Shown: positions 1 through 9,631, counted from the stretch's first letter. The stretch is DNA of 53,760 nucleotides from Candidatus Omnitrophota bacterium (GCA_021731625.1 JAKFXC010000042.1:640-54399); one strand, 5' to 3'. The notes: generated by a model not told the origin, from the letters alone. Numbers and translations are program-made.

Positions 1-480
1 TTTGTTCTGGTCCGCCGGCACATAGCCGCGGCCCCGGGAGATTTCCAGTTCCATATTGAACGGAATGTCCTGGGTGAGCGTGGCCAAATGATGCTCGGGA
101 TTTAAAACTTCAATGACCTCATCGGCAATGATGTCCTTGGCCGTGAGGGTGCCTTTTTTATTGGCTTTAAGATACACGGTCTTGGGGGCCTTGGAATGCG
201 AACGCACAATCAAGCCCTTGACGTTTAGAACAATTTCCGTCACCGATTCCAGAATGCCGCTCAAGGTGGCAAACTCATGCGACACGCCTTCGATGCGAAC
301 GGACGTGACCGCGCTGCCCTCGATGGATGAGAGTAGGATGCGGCGCAGGGAATTGCCCAGGGTCACGCCGTAGCCGCGCTCAAAAGGTTCGGCGATGAAT
401 TTGCCAAACGTGGCGGTGTAATTGGATTCGTCGCAATCTAAACGTTTTGGCATTTGAAAATCGCGCCATTTTACTCCCAT
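1..480 (-). CDS. rpoA: RNA polymerase alpha subunit (5' part; runs off window start)
   Basis: Hand translation from ATG at 480: MGVKWRDFQMPKRL...FIAEPFERGYGVTLGNSLRRILLSSIEGSAVTSVRIEGVSHEF; AGGAGG RBS; follows rpsD. Not in ORF track. Confidence 0.97.
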   Translation of the reverse strand, partial: MGVKWRDFQMPKRLDCDESNYTATFGKFIAEPFERGYGVTLGNSLRRILLSSIEGSAVTSVRIEGVSHEFATLSGILESVTEIVLNVKGLIVRSHSKAPKTVYLKANKKGTLTAKDIIADEVIEVLNPEHHLATLTQDIPFNMELEISRGRGYVPADQNK

Positions 481-533
481 GTTCGTATCCTCCTAATGCG
501 ACCACAAAATTGTGTCGCTTGTTTAAATCCGTA

Positions 534-700
534 TTGAAATAATGTTGTTGCCTTCGACACGGAACATTTTTGGCGTTGGCTTCGGTTTACGTCTCGAGAA
601 TTTTATAGTAAAATTTTTTATATGAATTCTCGCGACGTAATCCCTCGCAAACCTTGCCAAAAAGTTCCTGATTGTGTCGAAGACAACAACATTATTTCAA
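534..700. repeat. 167-bp imperfect palindromic element, family A copy 1
   Basis: Terminal arms ttgaaataatgttgttgccttcgacac / gtgtcgaagacaacaacattatttcaa (1 mismatch), inner stems, AT-rich loop; core homologous in reverse orientation to 37696-37862. Confidence 0.9.
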
Positions 701-701
701 A

Positions 702-1328
702 TTACCTAGAATATAGCTCTACAATCAATTGCTCGTTAACGCCGAAGCTGACGTCCTCGCGCATTGGTAGACGCACGACTTTAATTTTTAAATTCCCTGG
801 TTCGACCGCTAGCCACGCTGGGATTTTGCGTTCTTTGGTGACTTCCACGTTGTTTTTGATCGCATTGGTGGTCTTGGCGTCGGTCTTGATTTCAATGACG
901 TCGTTGGGTTTGACCAGGCAGGAGCTGATATTTACCCGGCGGCCATTGATCGACACATGGTTGTGGCTGGCGATTTGCCGTCCGTCATCGCGGGATTTGG
1001 CAAATCCGGCATTAAAAAGCACACTGTCCAAACGGCGCTCCAAATATTGCAGCAGCAAATGCCCGGTGACACCCTTGGTGCCCGCCGCCTTCAAGAAATA
1101 ATTGCGGAACTGGCGTTCCAGCATGCCGTAAATGCGCTTCACTTTTTGTTTCTCGCGCAGCTGGATGCCGAAGTTGGAGAGTTTCGCCTTCTTTAAGCCG
1201 TGCTGGCCCGGGGCATATTCCCGACGGGCAACAGCGCATTTGTGCGAATAGCAGCGCAGGCCTTTAAGAAAAAGTTTCTCGCCTTCGCGGCGGCACATCC
1301 GGCAGTCCGGTCCTAGATCACGGCCCAT
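702..1328 (-). CDS. rpsD: 30S ribosomal protein S4 (Zn-binding type)
   Basis: MGRDLGPDCRMCRREG, QLREKQK, LERRLD motifs; start moved to second Met. Confidence 0.97.
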   Translation of the reverse strand: MGRDLGPDCRMCRREGEKLFLKGLRCYSHKCAVARREYAPGQHGLKKAKLSNFGIQLREKQKVKRIYGMLERQFRNYFLKAAGTKGVTGHLLLQYLERRLDSVLFNAGFAKSRDDGRQIASHNHVSINGRRVNISSCLVKPNDVIEIKTDAKTTNAIKNNVEVTKERKIPAWLAVEPGNLKIKVVRLPMREDVSFGVNEQLIVELYSR

Positions 1329-1333
1329 ATAAT

Positions 1334-1756
1334 TTACACCCTTCTTTTCTTGCGTGAACGGCACCCGTTGTGCGGGATCGGCGTCACGTCTTTAATGGAA
1401 GTCACATTCAAACCTGCAGCCACCAGCGCGCGGATGGCCGATTCCCGACCAGAACCCGGCCCTTTGACCAACACATCGACGCTGAGCAATCCCATTTCCT
1501 TGGCCCGGCGGGCGGCGTCTGTGGCTGCCACTTGGGCGGCAAACGGGGTGGATTTTTTGGACCCGTGAAAACCCACCAGACCCGGCGTGGCCCACACAAT
1601 GCAGGCACCCTGGCGGTCGGCAATGGTGATGATGGTATTATTAAAAGAGGCCTGGATGGTGACAATCCCTGAGGTGATGCCTTTGAGTGACTTCTTCTTG
1701 GCTTTCACCGCTTTCTTGACGACCTGTTGTTGTGATGGTTCAGGTTTTGTGGCCAT
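1334..1756 (-). CDS. rpsK: 30S ribosomal protein S11
   Basis: [29 protein letters not shown] motifs. Confidence 0.98.
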   Translation of the reverse strand: MATKPEPSQQQVVKKAVKAKKKSLKGITSGIVTIQASFNNTIITIADRQGACIVWATPGLVGFHGSKKSTPFAAQVAATDAARRAKEMGLLSVDVLVKGPGSGRESAIRALVAAGLNVTSIKDVTPIPHNGCRSRKKRRV

Positions 1757-1770
1757 GGCCGTTCACATCC

Positions 1771-2157
1771 TTACTTTTTAGGTTCTTCTTTTTTAATGAT
1801 ATGCCCCACCACCGGTTTTTTCCCTTTGCGGGTGCGGGCATTGGTTTTGGTCCGTTGGCCGCGCACCGGCAAACCTTTGCGGTGGCGAAGCCCGCGGTAG
1901 GAACCCATTTCCATATGGCGACGGATGTTGTCATTGGTTTCCCGGCGCAAATCCCCTTCGGTGACATAGCTTTTCTGCAAAATGCTGGTGATGCGCGAAA
2001 TCTCTTCCTCGGTCAAATCTTTAGCGCGCTTGTTCACACTAATCTGCGCCTGGGCCAAAATCAGGCGCGAACGGGTCAGGCCGACCCCATATATATAGGG
2101 AAGCGCGGCCTCGATGCGCTTGTCTTTGGGTAAATCGATACCTAAAATTCTGGGCAT
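1771..2157 (-). CDS. rpsM: 30S ribosomal protein S13
   Basis: [26 protein letters not shown] motif. Confidence 0.98.
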   Translation of the reverse strand: MPRILGIDLPKDKRIEAALPYIYGVGLTRSRLILAQAQISVNKRAKDLTEEEISRITSILQKSYVTEGDLRRETNDNIRRHMEMGSYRGLRHRKGLPVRGQRTKTNARTRKGKKPVVGHIIKKEEPKK

Positions 2158-2159
2158 AA

Positions 2160-2273
2160 TTATCCTTGCCTTTGTTTATGTTTGGGATTGGTGCAAATGA
2201 CCCGCACCACCCGCTTGCGGCGGATGACCTTGCAGTTGCCGCAAATTCTCTTGACCGACGATTTGACTTTCAT
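2160..2273 (-). CDS. rpmJ: 50S ribosomal protein L36
   Basis: Hand translation [37 protein letters not shown] (37 aa); canonical infA-rpmJ-rpsM position. Confidence 0.97.
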   Translation of the reverse strand: MKVKSSVKRICGNCKVIRRKRVVRVICTNPKHKQRQG

Positions 2274-2291
2274 GACATGGACACCTTTGTG

Positions 2292-2510
2292 TTATTTCAG
2301 CCGGAACGTGATCCTGCCGCGGCTTAAGTCGTAGGGCGACAATTCAACTTTGACTTTATCGCCCGGCAAAATGCGGATGAAATTCATTCGGATTTTGCCG
2401 GACACATGCGCTAATACCTTATGGTTGTTCTCCAACACCACCCTAAACATCGCATTGGGCAATGCTTCCTCGACGGTCCCTTCGACTTCAATTAAGTCCT
2501 CTTTAGCCAT
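2292..2510 (-). CDS. infA: translation initiation factor IF-1
   Basis: [11 protein letters not shown]...[21 protein letters not shown]. Confidence 0.98.
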   Translation of the reverse strand: MAKEDLIEVEGTVEEALPNAMFRVVLENNHKVLAHVSGKIRMNFIRILPGDKVKVELSPYDLSRGRITFRLK

Positions 2511-2511
2511 A

Positions 2512-2666
2512 TCAATGAGGCCACAACTTACGGAGCCCGTTTTGACAACCCATTTGCGTCATTATGCCTAGAAGTGGCATAAAGCAAATTGATCGTCAGG
2601 GCGAACGTCACGTTGTCCGGCCGAATGTACGTCGAACTTTCAGCGGCCTCGCTGAAAACTTGACGC
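2512..2666 (-). repeat. structured intergenic element, family B copy 1 (candidate cis-regulatory RNA or mobile palindromic repeat)
   Basis: Fills the map-infA spacer; hairpins and conserved blocks align with 49056-49230, with covarying stems. Confidence 0.7.
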
Positions 2667-2669
2667 TCG

Positions 2670-3428
2670 TTACCCAGTTAAAATTTCCGGTCCATTTTGG
2701 GTGACCACCACGCAATGCTCGAAATGGGCCGAGGGTTTACCGTCTTCGGTGACCACGGTCCACCCGTCGCTTAAAACTTTGGTGCGGTGCGAACCCATAT
2801 TCACCATCGGCTCAATCGCAAACACCATGCCCACCTCCAGCACCGGACCCTGCCCCGGAACCCCATAGTTGGGAATTTCAGGGTCTTCGTGCAATTGCCT
2901 GCCGATGCCGTGACCCACAAAATCCCGCACCACCGAAAACCCATGCAGCTCGACGTAACTTTGCACCGCGTACGAAATATCGGAAAGATGGTTGCCGGGC
3001 TTGGCCTGTGCAATGCCTTTGTGCAGTGAAGCTTCCCCCACCTGCAGCAACCGCTTTACTTCCGGAGCCACCTCGCCCACCGGCACCGTCACGGCGGTGT
3101 CGGAATAATAATCATCGTAGATGATCCCGACGTCTAGACTCACAATGTCGCCGGCCTTGATCCGGCGCCCATTGCCGATGCCATGCACCACCCCTTCATT
3201 GACGGAGATGCAGGCATTGCCGGGAAAACCGCGGTACCCTTTAAAGGCCGAGAGCACATGGTGTTTCTTGATGATGGCCTCGGCTTTGAGGTCAACGTCT
3301 TTCGTGGTCATTCCAATTGTTAAAGAGCTCTTTAATTCCGAAATTATGGAAGACAGAATCTTACCAGCTTTGCGCAAAATGTCAACTTCGGCCAGGCTTT
3401 TGATCCTGATTTGGTTTCTTGGCGTCAT
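2670..3428 (-). CDS. map: methionine aminopeptidase type I
   Basis: VVHGI, DIVSLD, GHGIG..LHEDP, AIEPM, SAHFEH motifs. Confidence 0.97.
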   Translation of the reverse strand: MTPRNQIRIKSLAEVDILRKAGKILSSIISELKSSLTIGMTTKDVDLKAEAIIKKHHVLSAFKGYRGFPGNACISVNEGVVHGIGNGRRIKAGDIVSLDVGIIYDDYYSDTAVTVPVGEVAPEVKRLLQVGEASLHKGIAQAKPGNHLSDISYAVQSYVELHGFSVVRDFVGHGIGRQLHEDPEIPNYGVPGQGPVLEVGMVFAIEPMVNMGSHRTKVLSDGWTVVTEDGKPSAHFEHCVVVTQNGPEILTG

Positions 3429-4068
3429 TGAGAATCTTCACCAGCTCATCCCGGACATCTTCTGTTTCTTTATCGCCGCTGATTGCCTTCAGCCGTCCGC
3501 TGCGCGCGTAATACTCCACAATCGGCTGGGTGCTCTCCCGATAAATTGCCATGCGCTTGCGGATGGTCTCTTCGTTGTCATCCGTCCGCTGAAACAGCGG
3601 CCCGCGGCACACGTCGCATACGCCCGGGGCCTTGGGCGGTTTACTGTCCACGTGGTAAAGTGCCCCGCATTTCTTGCACACCCGGCGTCCAGCCAAACGT
3701 TTGAGGATGGTGGCCAGCTGGGTTTCCATATTCAGCGCGAAATCGAGCGGCTGCCCGGCTTTCTTGAGAATAAGATCCAAGTCCCGCGCCTGCTGCACGG
3801 TGCGCGGAAAACCATCCAGCATGTACCCTTGGACGAGCTGGGGATCAGTTTTGACCCTCTGTTCGACCAAGCGGGTGACCACCTCGTCGGGAACTAGGGC
3901 CCCTTTGTCAATCAGGCCTTTGATTTCCTGGCCCAGCGGTGTGCCCTTTTTCATTTCTTCCCGCAGCATGTCTCCGGTGGACACATGCGCAATGCTTTGC
4001 ATTTCTTTAATCAACCCTGCCAGAGAACCTTTGCCCGCCCCCGGCGGTCCCAGCAAAACAATCCTCAT
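3382..4068 (-). CDS. adk: adenylate kinase (Zn-lid type)
   Basis: GPPGAGKG P-loop, STGDMLR, LDGFPRT, CxxC...CxxC lid. Confidence 0.97.
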   Translation of the reverse strand: MRIVLLGPPGAGKGSLAGLIKEMQSIAHVSTGDMLREEMKKGTPLGQEIKGLIDKGALVPDEVVTRLVEQRVKTDPQLVQGYMLDGFPRTVQQARDLDLILKKAGQPLDFALNMETQLATILKRLAGRRVCKKCGALYHVDSKPPKAPGVCDVCRGPLFQRTDDNEETIRKRMAIYRESTQPIVEYYARSGRLKAISGDKETEDVRDELVKILNDAKKPNQDQKPGRS

Positions 4069-5426
4069 GCCCGCCGGCCTCGCAAATGCCCCGTCTTCAT
4101 GAAGCCTTCGTAATGGTGCATTTGCAGGTGCGACTCGACTTGCTTCATGGTGTCGAGCATGACCCCGACGGTAATCAGCACCCCGGTGCCGCCAAAAAAC
4201 GAAGCCACGAGGTACGGCACTTTAAACGAGGCCATGATCCAATCCGGCATGACCGCAATGGTACAAATAAATAAAGAACCAACCAAAGTGATGCGGGTCA
4301 AAACAAAATCCAAATAATCGGCGGTTTCTTTGCCTGGGCGTATTCCCGGAACAAACCCGTCATGCTTCTTTAAATTATCGGCAACATCCGTGGGGTTAAA
4401 CACAATCGCCGTATAAAAATAGCAGAAAAACACAATCAAAAAAGCGTAGACAACGTAATACGAAATGTGCCCGCGGGTGATCCAACTCAGAGAATGGTGC
4501 AAGGGGTTGTCCGGCGGCAAAAAACTGGCGATCGTCACCGGAAACAAAATGATGGATTGCGCAAAAATAATGGCAATGATCCCGGCCGTGTCCACTTTCA
4601 GCGGAATGAATGCCGACTGCCCGCCCACCGGATTGCCAGTGACCCGCCGCGCATATTGCACCGGAATACGGCGCTGACCTTGCGAAATCAGGGTGGTCCC
4701 CAAAATCACCGAAATGAGAAAGAACGTCATGAGCACCAGGGCAATGGGCTGCAACTGCCCTGCCCCGCTCTGGGGGTTTAGCAACAGCTGCAAATAATGA
4801 AATGCCGTCGGTGCCGATGATAAAATGCCGGCGGTGATAATCAGCGATACGCCGTTGCCGATGCCGCGCTCCTGAATGCGCTCACCCAGCCACATCAAAA
4901 ATATGGTGCCGGCCGTGAGCGTCACCATGGTGGTCAAACGAAAACCCCAGCCAGGGTCATTAACAATTTGCAAGCCACCAAAAGTCGAAGGGCTTTCCAG
5001 CCACAGGGCGATGAAAAAACCCTGGATGGCGGCCAGAAGCACCGTGCCGTAGCGGGTGAACTGGTTGATCTTTTTATGACCCGCCTGCCCCTCTTTGGAC
5101 AATTTTTCCAGCGCCGGAATGACCGCGGTCAACAGCTGCATGATGATCGAGCTGGAAATGTAGGGCATGACGCCCAGCGACATGATGGTCAACTTGCCTA
5201 AGGCCCCGCCGGAGAACATATTCATGATGCTAAACACATTGCCTCCACCGGTGGTGGCATCCATTCTCTGAAAGAACTCATTTAAAGCTGCGCCGTTGAT
5301 GCCTGGCGTGGGGATATAACAGCCCAGGCGGTACACCGCCAAAATCCCCAAGGTGAACAAAATTTTATTGCGCAACTCTAAAATCTTAAAGCAATTCGTC
5401 AAACCTTTGATGAATTGGGAAATCAT
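4065..5426 (-). CDS. secY: preprotein translocase subunit SecY
   Basis: LGVMPYISSSII, WLGERI..RGIGNGVS, FVPGIRPG, FGGTG motifs. Confidence 0.98.
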   Translation of the reverse strand: MISQFIKGLTNCFKILELRNKILFTLGILAVYRLGCYIPTPGINGAALNEFFQRMDATTGGGNVFSIMNMFSGGALGKLTIMSLGVMPYISSSIIMQLLTAVIPALEKLSKEGQAGHKKINQFTRYGTVLLAAIQGFFIALWLESPSTFGGLQIVNDPGWGFRLTTMVTLTAGTIFLMWLGERIQERGIGNGVSLIITAGILSSAPTAFHYLQLLLNPQSGAGQLQPIALVLMTFFLISVILGTTLISQGQRRIPVQYARRVTGNPVGGQSAFIPLKVDTAGIIAIIFAQSIILFPVTIASFLPPDNPLHHSLSWITRGHISYYVVYAFLIVFFCYFYTAIVFNPTDVADNLKKHDGFVPGIRPGKETADYLDFVLTRITLVGSLFICTIAVMPDWIMASFKVPYLVASFFGGTGVLITVGVMLDTMKQVESHLQMHHYEGFMKTGHLRGRRA

Positions 5427-5863
5427 ATCACCTGGGCTTTGCCGCCCGCTTTAACAATTTTCTCCTGGGCGGTCTTGGAAAAGCGGTGCGCCTGCACGGT
5501 CAACTTTTTCTTGATGTCACCGTCGCTTAAAATTTTTACCGGCCGTTGGGCGCTTTGAATAAGATGAGCAGCTTTTAAGGACTGCGGATTCACCGTGTCC
5601 CCGTCTTTAAACGCCCCCAGCGCGGCAATGCAAACGAGTTGAAAATTCTTGGGCCATTTGCTGTTAAAACCCACTTTGGGCAAACGGCGGATCAAGGACG
5701 CCTGCCCGCCCTCGTACCCTAAGAGCACCCCGCGCCCGGAACGGGAATTCTGGCCGGTTTGGCCACGCCCGCTGCGCTTGCCGTGACCGGTGCCGCGGCC
5801 CCGTCCCACGATCTTCTTGCGTTTATGAGAGCCTTCAGGCGATGGTATTTGATGGATTTGCAT
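5423..5863 (-). CDS. rplO: 50S ribosomal protein L15
   Basis: [29 protein letters not shown]. Confidence 0.97.
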   Translation of the reverse strand: MQIHQIPSPEGSHKRKKIVGRGRGTGHGKRSGRGQTGQNSRSGRGVLLGYEGGQASLIRRLPKVGFNSKWPKNFQLVCIAALGAFKDGDTVNPQSLKAAHLIQSAQRPVKILSDGDIKKKLTVQAHRFSKTAQEKIVKAGGKAQVI

Positions 5864-6569
5864 ATTGATTCTCTCTCGCCACTTTTAAACGGGACAATCC
5901 ATCGAACGTGGCCTTGACCACATTGATGGGATTGTTGGAACGGTGGCATTTGGTCAAAATGTTAGAAATGCCGGCTCCGTCACAGACTGCCCGCACCGCG
6001 CCCGCGGCGATGACGCCGGTACCTTCCGAGGCGGGTTTTAGCAAGACCGCGGCCGAACCGCATTGCCCTAAAATCTCATGCGTGATGGTGGTGCCCTTGC
6101 GAGGGATCACGATCATGCCTTTCTTGGCCGCATTGAGCCCTTTTTTAATGGCGGTGGCCACTTCGCCGGCCTTGCCTAAGCCATAACCCACTTTACCTTT
6201 GCCGTCACCAACGACAACCAGGGCTGAAAACGCCAGGCGGGTCCCGCCTTTGGTGGTTTTGGCAACGCGATTGATGGCCACTACTTTTTCAATTAAACCG
6301 CTGTCAGTCAGCGACGATTTTTTAAAAGAAGGGCGTCGTTCACCTTTAGGGCCACGCCGTCTTTGGTCTCGATGAGGCGCTCCTCCGGTAGCTGCTGGAG
6401 CTGCACCAGGAGCTGGCGCAGGCACCCCGGCGGACGGTGCCTCAGCAGCCGCAACAGGTTCCTCCGGCGCCGGCACGGGAGCTAATTCCTCTTCAAGGAT
6501 TTGCTCGGCCTGGGCCGCGTTTTTGACTACCTTTTCCTCTTCCTCTTCGTTTTTTTTCGGGTCTTTCAT
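5835..6569 (-). CDS. rpsE: 30S ribosomal protein S5 with long N-terminal extension
   Basis: [31 protein letters not shown]; about 90 aa acidic, Pro/Ala-rich N-terminus. Confidence 0.96.
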   Translation of the reverse strand: MKDPKKNEEEEEKVVKNAAQAEQILEEELAPVPAPEEPVAAAEAPSAGVPAPAPGAAPAATGGAPHRDQRRRGPKGERRPSFKKSSLTDSGLIEKVVAINRVAKTTKGGTRLAFSALVVVGDGKGKVGYGLGKAGEVATAIKKGLNAAKKGMIVIPRKGTTITHEILGQCGSAAVLLKPASEGTGVIAAGAVRAVCDGAGISNILTKCHRSNNPINVVKATFDGLSRLKVARENQYANPSNTIA

Positions 6570-6577
6570 GATCTCCT

Positions 6578-6940
6578 TTAAAACTCCAGTCCGGCTTTAC
6601 GCGCGGCATCCGCGAAGGCTTTGATCCGGCCGTGGTACAAATACCCGCCGCGGTCAAAACACACTTTCAAGATTCCTTTTTTCTTGGCCTCGGAAGCAAC
6701 GGCCTCTCCCAAGATCGCCGCGGCCTGGACATTGCCGCCGGTTTTGATTTTGGCACGAACATCTTTGGCCAAGGTCGACTTGCCTAAAATGATCTTTCCG
6801 GAAACATCGTCGATGATTTGAGCATTCAAATTATTTATACTGCGGTGCAGGCACAAACGAGGACGCTCTGCATTACCCGCCATGCCCTTACGGATGCGTT
6901 GATGACGAAAAGACCTTCTATGTTCTTTGATGGAAATCAT
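6578..6940 (-). CDS. rplR: 50S ribosomal protein L18
   Basis: [20 protein letters not shown]. Confidence 0.97.
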   Translation of the reverse strand: MISIKEHRRSFRHQRIRKGMAGNAERPRLCLHRSINNLNAQIIDDVSGKIILGKSTLAKDVRAKIKTGGNVQAAAILGEAVASEAKKKGILKVCFDRGGYLYHGRIKAFADAARKAGLEF

Positions 6941-7476
6941 TTGGTCACCTGCTTGCCCTGTTTGCGTCGAACGATTTCGCCGACGTAACGGATGCCTTTG
7001 CCTTTGTAAGGTTCCGGTGGTTTGAAGTCCCGAATTTTAGCGGCCACCAATCCCACCAAGGACTTGTCCACCCCTTCGATGGCAATTTCGGTGGGTTTGG
7101 CCGCAGTGACTTTAACATCCTTGGGGAACTCATATTCCACCGGATGCGAATAACCCAAATTGATGACCAATTTGGTCCCTTGCACCGCGGCCCGGAAACC
7201 AACCCCCTGGATTTCCAAGTCCCGGCGGTGACCGTTGGTAACACCCTCGCACATATTCACAATCAGGCGTTTGGTGGTGCCGTGGTTGGACCTGGCTTGC
7301 TTGGAGTCATTTAAACGGTTGATGAAAATCTTACCATCCTTATGGTCCAGGGCAATGTGGGCCGGCAAATTTAAGAACAATTTACCTTTGGGGCCCTCGA
7401 CGTTGATTCTGCTTTTCTCGATGGCAATCTTGACGTTTTTAGGAACTTCGACCGGTGTTTTGGCAATACGTGACAT
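6937..7476 (-). CDS. rplF: 50S ribosomal protein L6
   Basis: MSRIAK, LGYSHP, PPEPYKGKGIRY. Confidence 0.98.
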   Translation of the reverse strand: MSRIAKTPVEVPKNVKIAIEKSRINVEGPKGKLFLNLPAHIALDHKDGKIFINRLNDSKQARSNHGTTKRLIVNMCEGVTNGHRRDLEIQGVGFRAAVQGTKLVINLGYSHPVEYEFPKDVKVTAAKPTEIAIEGVDKSLVGLVAAKIRDFKPPEPYKGKGIRYVGEIVRRKQGKQVTK

Positions 7477-7500
7477 GTTCTTATCCCGATTATTCTAGGT

Positions 7501-7896
7501 TTACCAAATGTAACAGAGAACCTCGCCGCCGATTTTAAGTTTTCGGGCTTCGCGGTTGTCGATGATGCCTTTGGATGTCGATAAAACCGCTGTCCCCAGC
7601 CCGTTTAAAACTCTGGGGATGTGACGATTATCTGCGTATACCCGCAATCCGGGACGGGAGATGCGCTTGATGCCCATGATGGCGGGTTTATTGTTCTCAT
7701 ATCTTAAATACACTTTCAAAATGCCCTGCTTCTCATTTTTGAGCAGCCGACAATCCTCCACATACCCATCGTTCTTAAAAATATTGACCATACGCTCCAA
7801 AAGTTTGGACGCAGGAAATTCCACCGTTTCCTTGCGGGCCTGCATGGCATTACGGATAACGGTCAATGTGTCGGCAATTGGATCGGAAACAGACAT
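7501..7896 (-). CDS. rpsH: 30S ribosomal protein S8
   Basis: [40 protein letters not shown]; start adjusted to 7896. Confidence 0.97.
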   Translation of the reverse strand: MSVSDPIADTLTVIRNAMQARKETVEFPASKLLERMVNIFKNDGYVEDCRLLKNEKQGILKVYLRYENNKPAIMGIKRISRPGLRVYADNRHIPRVLNGLGTAVLSTSKGIIDNREARKLKIGGEVLCYIW

Positions 7897-8081
7897 TACC
7901 AGCTCGCTTTCTTGATTCCCGGGACTTCGCCCTTCCAGGCCAATTCCCTGAAACAAATCCGGCAAATCCCGAACCGGCGCAAATACCCGCGCGGCCGGCC
8001 GCATAAACCACAGCGGTTGTGCTGACGCACGCTAAACTTCGGGATTTCTTTTGATTTATTGACTAAGGCTTTTTTGGCCAT
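7896..8081 (-). CDS. rpsN: 30S ribosomal protein S14 (type Z)
   Basis: 61 aa, [10 protein letters not shown]...ICRICFRE. Confidence 0.97.
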   Translation of the reverse strand: MAKKALVNKSKEIPKFSVRQHNRCGLCGRPRGYLRRFGICRICFRELAWKGEVPGIKKASW

Positions 8082-8087
8082 ACGTGT

Positions 8088-8648
8088 TTAATTTCCTTTT
8101 GTAAACGGCATCCCTAAGAGCCGCAATAACTCTAAATTTCTTTCCTGGTTGCCGCCGCGGATGACAAAAGTGATGTCCATGCCCTGGATGCGGTGGTCGC
8201 GGGCGCTGGCATCGATTTCCGGAAAAATACCCTGGTCGGTAATGCCTAAGGTATAGTTGCCTTCGCGGTCAAACGCCTTGACGGAAACCCCGTTAAAGTC
8301 ACGGATGCGGGGCAAAGTGACATTGACCAGACGGTCAATGAACTCATACATGCGGGTACGGCGTAACGTCACTTTGCAGCCGACCGGCAGATTTTCGCGC
8401 AACTTGAAATTTGAGATGGCCTTCTTGGCCCGGCGCACCGTTGGTTTTTGGCCGGTGATCGTGGCCAGGTCCTGGGCCGCCCGGTCGAGAATCTTGACAT
8501 CTGAAATGGCTTCCCCCACCCCCATGTTGACCACCACCTTCTCGATATGGGGCACAGCCATGGGGTTGTTGATCCCGAACTTCTTTGTCATCTCAGGGAC
8601 CACTTCTTTACGGTATCGTTCCAGTAAACGCGCGTTCTCTGCTTTCAC
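8088..8648 (-). CDS. rplE: 50S ribosomal protein L5
   Basis: KVVVNMGVGEA, ITGQKP, LPRIRDF. Confidence 0.98.
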   Translation of the reverse strand: MKAENARLLERYRKEVVPEMTKKFGINNPMAVPHIEKVVVNMGVGEAISDVKILDRAAQDLATITGQKPTVRRAKKAISNFKLRENLPVGCKVTLRRTRMYEFIDRLVNVTLPRIRDFNGVSVKAFDREGNYTLGITDQGIFPEIDASARDHRIQGMDITFVIRGGNQERNLELLRLLGMPFTKGN

Positions 8649-8663
8649 AGCTCATATCCTCGC

Positions 8664-8975
8664 TTATAAAGTTTCCTCTGATTTTTTGGAAATGCGGACC
8701 TTGCCGCCGTCTTTCAAGAGCCGGGTCAAAAACCGGGTGGGTTTGTTGCTCTTTTTATCCACCAGCATCAAGTTGGACAACGAAATGGGTTTTTCCAATT
8801 CCACGTATCCCCCCTGGGGGTACGTGTCGCTTTTTTTGACCGATTTTTTGACCACATTGATATTTTCAATCACGGCCTTGGCCAGTTTAGGCATGACCCG
8901 GACCACTTTACCGGTCTTGCCTTTGTCTTTGCCGACCATGACCATGACCTGGTCATCTTTGCGTATGCGTAACAT
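8664..8975 (-). CDS. rplX: 50S ribosomal protein L24
   Basis: KOW motif GKDKGKTGKV; position in spc operon. Confidence 0.96.
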   Translation of the reverse strand: MLRIRKDDQVMVMVGKDKGKTGKVVRVMPKLAKAVIENINVVKKSVKKSDTYPQGGYVELEKPISLSNLMLVDKKSNKPTRFLTRLLKDGGKVRISKKSEETL

Positions 8976-8977
8976 AC

Positions 8978-9346
8978 CTACACAACCTCCGGGGCCAACG
9001 AAATGATTTTCATATACTCCATATTGCGCAGCTCGCGGGCCACTGGTCCAAAGACACGGGTGCCTTTGGGGTTGCCGGCATCGTCGATGATGACCACCGC
9101 GTTGGAATCAAAACGCACATAGGTGCCGTCCGGGCGGCGGATCGATTTTTTGGTGCGCACAATAATGCCTTTGGCCATGCTGCCTTTTTTGATGGCGGCG
9201 TCGGGAGCGCTTTCTTTGACGTTGACTTTCACCAAGTCGCCGATCTTGGCCCACATCTTGCCTTTGGCTTTTAAGACCCCGATGAGCGAAGCCTTGCGGG
9301 CGCCGGTATTGTCTGCCACATCTAAAATTGTTTTTAACTGGATCAT
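8978..9346 (-). CDS. rplN: 50S ribosomal protein L14
   Basis: VADNTGA, GTRVFGPVARELR, KIISLAPEV. Confidence 0.98.
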   Translation of the reverse strand: MIQLKTILDVADNTGARKASLIGVLKAKGKMWAKIGDLVKVNVKESAPDAAIKKGSMAKGIIVRTKKSIRRPDGTYVRFDSNAVVIIDDAGNPKGTRVFGPVARELRNMEYMKIISLAPEVV

Positions 9347-9355
9347 AGCCGATTC

Positions 9356-9631
9356 CTAACCTTTGGATTCCACGATTTCGCGGATGATCCAGCGTTTGTC
9401 CTTGGATAAAGGACGGGTTTCCATGATCCGCACCACATCTCCAGACTTGGCGGCGTTTTGCTCATCATGCGCTTTGTATTTGACGATATGGCGCACCGCC
9501 TTATGGTATTTATGGTGTTTGTTGACTATGACCACCTGCACCACGCGGGTCTTGTCCATTTTGTCGCTGACGACGGTCGCCGTCATGAAACGGCGGCGGT
9601 TATTTCGCTTGGGTGCTTCGTTTGTTTCCAT
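9356..9631 (-). CDS. rpsQ: 30S ribosomal protein S17
   Basis: VVSDKMDKT, ETRPLSKDKRW. Confidence 0.97.
   Translation of the reverse strand: METNEAPKRNNRRRFMTATVVSDKMDKTRVVQVVIVNKHHKYHKAVRHIVKYKAHDEQNAAKSGDVVRIMETRPLSKDKRWIIREIVESKG

Noticed and set aside
498-518. Small hairpin gcgac-cacaa..ttgtg-tcgc upstream of rpoA
   Set aside because: Short, single-copy and without a U-tract; no function can be supported.
534-700. Family A palindrome as a retron msr-msd, integron attC site or 6S RNA
   Set aside because: There is no reverse transcriptase or integrase nearby and no convincing attC or 6S architecture. The two copies lie in opposite orientations within operons.
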